Of a stretch of 64,000 nucleotides of DNA, positions 51,225-58,462 are shown piece by piece. Position 1 is the first letter of the stretch. Each line of letters opens with the position of its first letter. Where the stretch lies: positions 186,001-250,000 of IMG/VR virus record IMGVR_UViG_3300033997_000478; one strand, written 5' to 3'. The notes under the pieces were generated by a model, which had not been told where the DNA came from, searched no databases, and worked only from the letters and a program-made list of their open reading frames with translations. Position numbers and translations under genes: made by a program.

Positions 51225-51761
51225 ATGTCTAACGTCTATCAATTCACACCCAAGACAGCACAAAGGCATATCATGACCGACGGTGAGCGAGAGTCTGTGG
51301 TTCGCACTCTCAACGCTCGGGCACATGAAGCCTTCTTCCCCCTCAACCGGTTGTTCACTCGTTTTGCCATCACCGTCAACGAGTATCCGCTGGAGAATCC
51401 AGTCATCAAGGACTTGGAGAAGGTTGGCACGCTCATGACCGCCGACTATCCCAACTTCGATCTGACGTGGTTGTTTCGCATCGAAAAGATCCGCAGCAAA
51501 CCCCGCATGCCGGCCATTCCCGATGACCAGATCTACGGGTTACTGAGAAAGGGCGCTGAGGCGTTGGGTTTGATTCCCCATGGCGTCAGGTTTGCCTATC
51601 GCTACTTGCACGAGCTTGGTAGCGTGGTGTGGTGCGAATCGATCATTGTCATAGAGGACAGTATCATCGTGGACGGCTTCATCGCAGCCGAACACTTGGG
51701 CGCAGAGGGAGATCGCACCTATCATCCGTTTAAGATGGTGGTCCGAAAACTGCCTCAATGA
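51225..51761 (+). CDS. hypothetical protein
   Basis: GAGGA RBS. Confidence 0.6.
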   Translation: MSNVYQFTPKTAQRHIMTDGERESVVRTLNARAHEAFFPLNRLFTRFAITVNEYPLENPVIKDLEKVGTLMTADYPNFDLTWLFRIEKIRSKPRMPAIPDDQIYGLLRKGAEALGLIPHGVRFAYRYLHELGSVVWCESIIVIEDSIIVDGFIAAEHLGAEGDRTYHPFKMVVRKLPQ

Positions 51762-51793
51762 AAATACTTTCAGGACTATAATACCTCAGTGAA
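51761..51793 (+). promoter_or_regulatory. putative phage promoter, copy 3
   Basis: AAAATACTTTCAGGACTATAATACCTCAGTGAA. Confidence 0.6.
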
Positions 51794-51833
51794 GTAGTAG
51801 CACAAAAACCTACCCACTGACGGAGAGCAAGAC

Positions 51834-52400
51834 ATGTACAACAAGATCAAGCGTGAAATCCTGACCATCGCCATCGTTCTGAACCGTATCTTCTACGGCC
51901 TGCACAATCGCAGCGAGAACTTCGGTCATTGGTTCTTCAATCTGACCCTGTATCGGGGTCGTCCGGGTTATGTCGAGTTCAACATCGACAATGATGAGTA
52001 CGATGGCCACATCGTCCATCGCGTGACCCACCGCCAGTACCGCGATGAAGTCGGTGCTGAAGTCAACACGCAGGTGCAGGAGCGGATGACCTTCCGCATC
52101 ACCAACCGCTGGCTGGTCCGCAATGGCCGTCTGCCGGACGTTGATGCGCTGTGGGCCATCTGCACCGATGCCCAGACCCGCGAAGGTCTGGTGGTCGTTG
52201 AGGTGGTCTGCGGTAAGGAAGCACACAAGCAGGTGAAGTTCCGTCCGTTCGATCTCTCGCGCCTGCCGCCGCAGGAAGTACTGGATCGTCGCAACGCTCG
52301 TCGCATGTGGGTGCAGAACTTCTTCAGCCGTCTGTTCCCGGTGGCTGCTGACGCACATCTGCACGAAGACATGCGTGGCTTCATCATCAAGCGCGTCTAA
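51834..52400 (+). CDS. hypothetical protein
   Basis: GGAG RBS; first gene after the promoter motif. Confidence 0.7.
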   Translation: MYNKIKREILTIAIVLNRIFYGLHNRSENFGHWFFNLTLYRGRPGYVEFNIDNDEYDGHIVHRVTHRQYRDEVGAEVNTQVQERMTFRITNRWLVRNGRLPDVDALWAICTDAQTREGLVVVEVVCGKEAHKQVKFRPFDLSRLPPQEVLDRRNARRMWVQNFFSRLFPVAADAHLHEDMRGFIIKRV

Positions 52401-52409
52401 GGTGCGGAC

Positions 52410-52679
52410 ATGATCGACATCTTGACCCTCTTTATCAACCCGATCAGCCAGATGCGCGGGCGTTACATTCACGCCCACAAGGGACGCGGGCGCAGGCGGG
52501 GACATCCCAAACCCTTCGAACCGTCCTCCAAAACGCGGCGGCGTCAGGAGGCGATGTTCCAACAGGCCCAGCAGGAACTCGATCTACGCCGGCAGTTGGA
52601 TGAGTGGTTCAGTCAGAACATGGGTCGCATCAGCCCTGCCTTCGGCGTGATGTTGCAAAACCCTGAGAAGTCTGTATAG
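52410..52679 (+). CDS. RGxYxHxHKG-motif protein
   Basis: MRGRYIHAHKGRGRRRGH. Confidence 0.7.
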   Translation: MIDILTLFINPISQMRGRYIHAHKGRGRRRGHPKPFEPSSKTRRRQEAMFQQAQQELDLRRQLDEWFSQNMGRISPAFGVMLQNPEKSV

Positions 52680-52688
52680 TTCGAATCA

Positions 52689-52738
52689 CTGGCTTCGGCC
52701 AGGTTCCAAACGAAGGTCTTCGGACCTTCGGCTTTATA
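52689..52738 (+). terminator. double hairpin / terminator
   Basis: CTGGC-TTCG-GCCAG then CGAAGGTC-TTCG-GACCTTCG-GCTTTATA. Confidence 0.6.
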
Positions 52739-52763
52739 CCCTCAACCTAGAAAGGATAGCTAC

Positions 52764-53108
52764 ATGAGCGTTACCGTTGAAGATTTCACCACGGAGTGGA
52801 ATCGCGAGCTGGATCGTCGCAATCGCTTCTCTCACATCCTGCGCGGCATTGCCCGTGAGAACGCTCAGTCGCTCAATGCGGCAGAGCTGAACAAGATGGA
52901 GATCGACGAGAAGATCCGTCAGGCCATCTACGTGTGGGCCCACCGCAATCAGCGCGGACGCTACCTGCACAGCCACAAGGGTAAGGCGCGTCGGCAGCAC
53001 AAGCGGACTCCGATGATGCAGTCGCAGGCCCGCTACCGGATTGCCCGGATGGTGGGGCGTGAGTCCCAGCGCACCAGTAGTCTGGACCGGCTGCTGATCG
53101 CTGCGTAA
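52764..53108 (+). CDS. RGxYxHxHKG-motif protein
   Basis: QRGRYLHSHKGKARRQH; AAGGA RBS. Confidence 0.75.
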   Translation: MSVTVEDFTTEWNRELDRRNRFSHILRGIARENAQSLNAAELNKMEIDEKIRQAIYVWAHRNQRGRYLHSHKGKARRQHKRTPMMQSQARYRIARMVGRESQRTSSLDRLLIAA

Positions 53109-53183
53109 GTAACAGCGGTAACACAGGGGCGGGTGCGGAAGCATCCGCCCTTATTCTTTCTCTTTCTCACAAGGAACGCTACA

Positions 53184-53354
53184 ATGAAAACCATCGAGAA
53201 TTCCGTTCTGGAAATGGCCGAGCAGATCAAGGCCGGTATGAAGGTCACCGAAGAGGGCCTGATCGAAGCGGGCGACATGCACATTGGTTCGATGTCACCT
53301 ACTCGTGATCAGATGGCGGCCGGTCACATGACGCAGGTTGCGGTGAAGTCATGA
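53184..53354 (+). CDS. small hypothetical protein
   Basis: AAGGAA RBS; ATGA overlap with the next gene. Confidence 0.55.
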   Translation: MKTIENSVLEMAEQIKAGMKVTEEGLIEAGDMHIGSMSPTRDQMAAGHMTQVAVKS

Positions 53355-53533
53355 GGTTCCGTTACGTAATGGACGTGCGGATTGCTCAGGCGCTCTACCT
53401 GCGCGGTAAGTACGTGCACAGTCACAAGGGCAAGTACAAGCGCCGTCACAGGCGAGCATCGGTGGCACGCGTGGTGCCGCAGATCTTCGTCGGTGAAATC
53501 CACTTCGCAACCACTGTTGTTACCCCGGAGTAA
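53351..53533 (+). CDS. RGxYxHxHKG-motif protein (60 aa)
   Basis: LRGKYVHSHKGKYKRRH. Confidence 0.7.
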   Translation: MRFRYVMDVRIAQALYLRGKYVHSHKGKYKRRHRRASVARVVPQIFVGEIHFATTVVTPE

Positions 53534-53536
53534 GCC

Positions 53537-54010
53537 ATGGTTACCGACTCAGTTATCCCCGTGTGTGATTGCGGCAAGACCGTTGGTGCTTCCAAGGTGG
53601 GCTTGATGTGTGAGCACTGCAACAGTCCGGTAAAAGCTGTCGTCGATCTGTTCCTGCCTTTAGCGACGTCTTCCTACAGGCGGATGAGGACCCGTGAGAC
53701 GGTCAAGAACATCATGACCGGGCCTGCACCTGAACAACCCAAGTCCCCCTACCCGCGCCGCAACCCGGCGCGCATTCCTGGCGCCTACGAACGAACCATC
53801 TGGGGCCTGGAGAAACGCGGCAAGACCTACAGTGTCGACCAGCTGCTTCGTGGCCGCTACGTCCTGCGTCACAAGGGCAAGCCGCTGCGGCAGCACAAGC
53901 TCACCTCCAAGGGACATCTCCACCTCGGCATGCGCGAGATCCTGGCGAACGAACCGCGCCTGCTCGTCACCATCAATCGCATGCCGAAGTTCAACCCTTT
54001 CGTTGTCTAA
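53537..54010 (+). CDS. RGxYxHxHKG-motif protein with N-terminal CxC..CxxC
   Basis: CDCG..CEHC; LRGRYVLRHKGKPLRQH. Confidence 0.7.
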   Translation: MVTDSVIPVCDCGKTVGASKVGLMCEHCNSPVKAVVDLFLPLATSSYRRMRTRETVKNIMTGPAPEQPKSPYPRRNPARIPGAYERTIWGLEKRGKTYSVDQLLRGRYVLRHKGKPLRQHKLTSKGHLHLGMREILANEPRLLVTINRMPKFNPFVV

Positions 54011-54038
54011 TCGATTCGCCCCCACAAGGACCGCACCA

Positions 54039-54482
54039 ATGAATGACCTTCCCACCCACCACAACGAACGCATCGTCCCAACGTTCGTCAGTCCTGATGA
54101 TTCGCGTCTGCAAGGGATCGAACATCGTGACAACTGGTACGAGCCGCGCAATGACGCAGAATGGGCTGAAGTGACGAAAGATCAAGCCACTGCCAAGTGG
54201 CTGATCGCTAACCATAAGGCGAAGATGCGCAATGAACTGCGCGGGCGCTTTGTGCACATGCACAAGAGCCGTCGTTTGCGTAAGCATGCTCGTCGCGCCG
54301 GCCACTACCACTTCCACGCCCAACTGATGAATGACCAGAACATCCTGAGTCTTCAGACGGGTCTGCTGAGGTGGAGCGCTCGCCAGCCGGTTCGACTGAT
54401 GGGTGAGTCCGAAGTTCGCTTGGTCCAAGTTGTTGTTTCGCCCTCCGTAATCACCTCTCTCCTGAAGGATTCTGATCTATGA
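54039..54482 (+). CDS. RGxYxHxHKG-motif protein
   Basis: LRGRFVHMHKSRRLRKH; AAGGA RBS. Confidence 0.7.
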   Translation: MNDLPTHHNERIVPTFVSPDDSRLQGIEHRDNWYEPRNDAEWAEVTKDQATAKWLIANHKAKMRNELRGRFVHMHKSRRLRKHARRAGHYHFHAQLMNDQNILSLQTGLLRWSARQPVRLMGESEVRLVQVVVSPSVITSLLKDSDL

Positions 54483-54997
54483 GCAATGAACAGCGCGTCA
54501 ATGACGAACTGGAACGACAGCGCGATCGCTACCGTTCCATGATGAAGAACCACGGCTACGCACTGGTGACAGTGGAGGATGATGACAATGATCTTCCCTT
54601 CCACTACACGGTGGGGCTGACCAACGGCGGCCTGCCGGAACTGCTGTTGGTTGGCAAGTTCGAACGCCCGGTGGCCGAGCACATCCTCAACAGCGTGGCC
54701 GCGATCCTGATCGGTCGTGGCGCCACCAACCAGTTGGGTCAGTACAGCCAGATCAAGCTCACCGATCTACTGGCTGATGCCGAAGACCGGCCGATCCCGC
54801 TGCGCCTGCAGCTGATCAACCAAGCCGAGGCGGAACGGATGTACCTGATCCAAGCCGAACCCATCCTCCAAGACCATCTGGTGGGTGTGGTGCAGATCCT
54901 GACGCCGGACAATTGGGGACGCTATCCGGACGATTCGGGTTACAACTTCAACGACTACCCGCAGGTGCTGGCAGCACCAAAGGCCTACAGCCAATGA
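54479..54997 (+). CDS. DUF4262-like protein
   Basis: HGYALVTV..PFHYTVGLT..GLPELLLVG. Confidence 0.65.
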   Translation: MSNEQRVNDELERQRDRYRSMMKNHGYALVTVEDDDNDLPFHYTVGLTNGGLPELLLVGKFERPVAEHILNSVAAILIGRGATNQLGQYSQIKLTDLLADAEDRPIPLRLQLINQAEAERMYLIQAEPILQDHLVGVVQILTPDNWGRYPDDSGYNFNDYPQVLAAPKAYSQ

Positions 54998-55515
54998 GCG
55001 ACCTTGCCCCTCACACTGGGTTTGCTCGTGTCACCTCCGATCCCTTCCTGGCCTACTTCCGTATGCGCTGGGCCAACTGGGAACGGCACGGCTTCCCCAA
55101 CTGCGACAAGAAGATGTTGCCCCTGATGCCGATGTTGGGCGCCTTACCCGGCTTGGTGCCGGTGGCGTGCTGCTCCTCGCATCCTGATCGGGGTACCAGT
55201 GATCGTGACCGGACCTTCTTCATCAACTTCGCCACCGATGAGCAAGGTCTGGAAACGATGGACGTGTTGTGTGGGCTGGTCATGCCGCACGATCCGTTCC
55301 TGGAGTTCAAGCGCTGGCAGCCGATAGAACCGATGTACCCCACCGAGTCCCGTGACGTGAATGCCCGCAAGTGGATGGGTTATCGCTTCAACCGGATTTG
55401 GCACACCCTGCATCACACCAATGCCAACGTCGATGAACTGCTGAAGAACTTCGAACGCGGCCTGCGCAATACCCTGTCGATCTTGGAAGTTGAACTTCCG
55501 AACAAGGCAGCATAA
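54994..55515 (+). CDS. hypothetical protein
   Basis: ATGA overlap; VACCSSH motif. Confidence 0.6.
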   Translation: MSDLAPHTGFARVTSDPFLAYFRMRWANWERHGFPNCDKKMLPLMPMLGALPGLVPVACCSSHPDRGTSDRDRTFFINFATDEQGLETMDVLCGLVMPHDPFLEFKRWQPIEPMYPTESRDVNARKWMGYRFNRIWHTLHHTNANVDELLKNFERGLRNTLSILEVELPNKAA

Positions 55516-55524
55516 ACGCCATAT

Positions 55525-55563
55525 CGCCCTCTCCCTCCATTGCGGAGGGAGAGGGCTTTATGA
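55525..55563. terminator. bidirectional terminator-like hairpin
   Basis: GCCCTCTCCCTCC-ATTGC-GGAGGGAGAGGGC-TTTATG between convergent genes. Confidence 0.75.
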
Positions 55564-55584
55564 CTGCCGATTGTTTTTGGCTTT

Positions 55585-55929
55585 TCAGCACCAAACCAGG
55601 AAACTCGTTACAAGAACGTAGACCACCACCATCCCCAACTCGCAGGTGATGTGACGGCTGAGCATCTTGCGTAGCGGAGCCTCTCTCTCAAACAGCGTGG
55701 TAGCCACCACACCGGACAGCTCGATCAGCAGGACGAGCACGACCGACTCCAGTGAGAACTGCGAGAGAACATACATCGTGCCCGCTAACTCGGCCAGGCT
55801 ATGGAAGAGCAGACCCAAGTACCAGAGCTTATTCTGCTGTCGCCGTGAGGCGCTGTAGCCGAAGTCTACCAAATGGGCCAGCAGTCCATGCTTGAGCAGG
55901 AGGAGTCCTAGCAATTGCGCCCCTGTCAT
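55585..55929 (-). CDS. DUF3307-like membrane protein
   Basis: LLAHLVDF..K...LLFH and several TM segments. Confidence 0.55.
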   Translation of the reverse strand: MTGAQLLGLLLLKHGLLAHLVDFGYSASRRQQNKLWYLGLLFHSLAELAGTMYVLSQFSLESVVLVLLIELSGVVATTLFEREAPLRKMLSRHITCELGMVVVYVLVTSFLVWC

Positions 55930-55973
55930 CTCCGGCTCCTAGGTAGAGACTTACCGACCCCTACATAGAATGC

Positions 55974-56006
55974 GCATAAGAGAGCAGCCCCACGGGGCTG
56001 CTCTCT
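55974..56006 (-). terminator. terminator-like hairpin after the helicase
   Basis: AGAGAGCAGCCCC-AC-GGGGCTGCTCTCT, TTATGC on the minus strand. Confidence 0.7.
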
Positions 56007-56031
56007 CTGCGGTGGGCTTTTTTCTTTTGGC

Positions 56032-57624
56032 TTACAGGGGCAAACCAGCAGTGACGCCACCGGGTGCATGCCACGGAATCTCCTCACCACTACCCATCGG
56101 ACCGCCGCCGGGTGCTTTGAGGGAGATGTCCGCCTTGCCGTAGTCATCGCGGATGTCGGCAATGGGACTGAACGGCAGCACGGTGTAGCGATGACGAATC
56201 GGAGTATCGCGCGGCTTACGGTGCTTACCACGCTGGATCGTCAGGAACGACTCTTGGTTAATGACTTCCTTGTGGATGAAGATCTCCAGATCCACCTCTT
56301 GGTCAATCGTACCGCAGGAGTCGTAGTAACCCTTGCCTTCCAGATGCTTGACGAAGTCGTTGACGCCCAGGCGGGTCATCTTCTTCGCTTCAGTGGACAG
56401 CTGGGCCGGGGTGATGAAGGTGATACCGCGCGGAGCAGTGAAGTTACGAACACGACGGAACAGGTCACGGATTTCCGAACCGGTCGGACCGCCCTGGATG
56501 CAGCCTCGCTTGGAGATCATGTTCAGGTAGTCAAAGACGATGGCGTGGATTTCATAGCCCTGCGACTCCAGCGCCGTGATCATGTCAAAGATGCGCTCGT
56601 AGGTCATCTCCGACGGATCGCAACGGCCCATCATCACGTTGTAGCCATTGACCGACATCTTCTCGTAGATGTATGCCTTGGCCTCGTCGATGGCCGCCTG
56701 CTTGATCAGCGGGTCCGGATCGGAGAACATGGCCGTCGGTGCCAGCTGGCCGGTCTCGTTCTCGTACAGGTAGCGGTACAGCTGCACGATGTTCAGCTGC
56801 AGCTCGTTCTCAGCCGAGATATGCAACAGCAACGGCTTCTTGGTCGGGTCACGCATGTACGGGGTGTTGTACAGGGCGATCTGACGGAACAGGTGCAGGG
56901 TGAAGCCGGTCTTGAAGTTGTGCTGCAGTGCGCCGATCAGGACGAACTCACCACGACGCAGGCCTTGGTGTTCGCCGAGCATGCGATTGATCGCCTGCCA
57001 GCCCAGACGCAGAACACCTTCCAACGAGGTTTCCTCACCGGCCCGGTTGATCAGGCGGGAGATGTTGTCACCGTCAGACAGATCGACCATGTCAATCATG
57101 CCGCCGATCTTGAACTCTTCGGAGGTGTTGTTGCGGTACGGGTCGAGCTTTTCGTGGACTTCACTGATCAGGCTGGACCAGTTGACCTTCTCCGGATTGA
57201 AGTTGGCCTTATAGGAGAACTCTTTGAGGATCTCCTTGATCTTGGTCTGATTGACGTAGTCGCGCAGCTCCATGCGCTGGGCCATGCAGCGCTTTTTCAG
57301 GACGATCAGGTCGGTGGTGTCACCGATACCCTGCTCGAACCCGTAGTACAAACCTTCTTCATCCGAAGAATTGACACGTATTCTTTGAAGAACAATCGTA
57401 CGATCCAGCTCTTCGCCGGGAGCGCGTTCTGCCATCCACTCCACGGTACGTTTGAGATTCAGCAAGATCTCACGGGATCGATCGAAGTCGACGCCGGGCT
57501 CGCCGAACTTGATGGTCTCCAGCACTTCCTGCACGAGGTTGACCGAATGGATCGTCGGATCTTTCAGTTGGCCCTCGTTGAACAACAGTGTTGCTAGTTT
57601 GACCAGAAGCAGCTTGGGGTCCAT
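56032..57624 (-). CDS. DnaB-like (SF4) replicative helicase, phiKZ gp118-like
   Basis: LRRGEFVLIGALQHNFKTG variant Walker A, HISAEN, IVFDYL Walker B, TPAQLS, RGKHR; divergent from the capsid operon. Confidence 0.85.
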   Translation of the reverse strand: MDPKLLLVKLATLLFNEGQLKDPTIHSVNLVQEVLETIKFGEPGVDFDRSREILLNLKRTVEWMAERAPGEELDRTIVLQRIRVNSSDEEGLYYGFEQGIGDTTDLIVLKKRCMAQRMELRDYVNQTKIKEILKEFSYKANFNPEKVNWSSLISEVHEKLDPYRNNTSEEFKIGGMIDMVDLSDGDNISRLINRAGEETSLEGVLRLGWQAINRMLGEHQGLRRGEFVLIGALQHNFKTGFTLHLFRQIALYNTPYMRDPTKKPLLLHISAENELQLNIVQLYRYLYENETGQLAPTAMFSDPDPLIKQAAIDEAKAYIYEKMSVNGYNVMMGRCDPSEMTYERIFDMITALESQGYEIHAIVFDYLNMISKRGCIQGGPTGSEIRDLFRRVRNFTAPRGITFITPAQLSTEAKKMTRLGVNDFVKHLEGKGYYDSCGTIDQEVDLEIFIHKEVINQESFLTIQRGKHRKPRDTPIRHRYTVLPFSPIADIRDDYGKADISLKAPGGGPMGSGEEIPWHAPGGVTAGLPL

Positions 57625-57655
57625 TTCTAATTATCCAACCTTAAAGGTTTTTCTG

Positions 57656-58189
57656 ATGAAGATCGTCTATGTTCCGCAACACATCTACGGCGCGCTGAAG
57701 CAGGCGGGTCTGGCTTCGCGCGACCTGTGCGATGTTGGGAAGCTCTTGGGCACACTATCGGCGGAAGATGTAGCTTTTTATTTCTACGCCAACACGCCGG
57801 GAAAAAGCTGCCCCATTCCCAAGCCGCTGAGCGACTACCTGCCGAACCTGTTCTTCCACACCGACAACGGCGCTGCGCCCTTTGACAGCAGCGACCCGAT
57901 GCAGGCGCAAGCTATGCGTATGTGGAACTCGTTCGTAAAGAACGGCTCCGCTGCATCACTGTATGAGAAAAATTCGGTTCTCACTTCGGACTGCTCCGAA
58001 GAGGACCTGCTCATCCTCACCCACGTAGCACAGCCCGACGCTGCGGACGGTGAGAAGCCGAAGTTCGATGAAACGGCATTCTATGACCGGGTCATCCAGC
58101 AACTGCTGGCTTTCCAAAGCCCCGAGCAAGTCATGGCCTCTCCGGTCCTGACCGCTTGGCTGAAGTCGGTGCGGCCCTCTGCTGCGTAA
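57656..58189 (+). CDS. hypothetical protein between helicase and MCP
   Basis: ATG at 57656; position in the core gene block. Confidence 0.65.
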   Translation: MKIVYVPQHIYGALKQAGLASRDLCDVGKLLGTLSAEDVAFYFYANTPGKSCPIPKPLSDYLPNLFFHTDNGAAPFDSSDPMQAQAMRMWNSFVKNGSAASLYEKNSVLTSDCSEEDLLILTHVAQPDAADGEKPKFDETAFYDRVIQQLLAFQSPEQVMASPVLTAWLKSVRPSAA

Positions 58190-58284
58190 CCCCCAACAGC
58201 AGAGCTTGTAACAAAAACCTGCTTTCACAATGACTAATGATTTGGTAGTTGTTCTACCAAGAGCTTTTAGCTCGCCCCATTGCG

Positions 58285-58317
58285 TATGTAAAAACGTATT
58301 CTGTACGTAAAAACGTA
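58285..58317 (+). promoter_or_regulatory. direct repeat / candidate late promoter upstream of MCP
   Basis: TA(T/C)GTAAAAACGTA twice at 19-nt spacing in an AT-rich intergenic region. Confidence 0.45.
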
Positions 58318-58462
58318 ATGGTGTGAGGTTAGCCCTCGTTAGAGTGGTGGTCCATAGATTGCCTGCCAGACCCGGCAGCGGCTAGGAGGCCCCATCAATT
58401 AGTGAAAGCGGTGGGGAAAAGGCTACTACTGCTGCCCTTCAAACTCAAGGAACCAAAGAACC

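Noticed and set aside
52676-52740. GTTCGAATC, suggesting a tRNA T-loop
   Set aside because: No cloverleaf, acceptor stem or D-arm; it is followed by two simple TTCG hairpins
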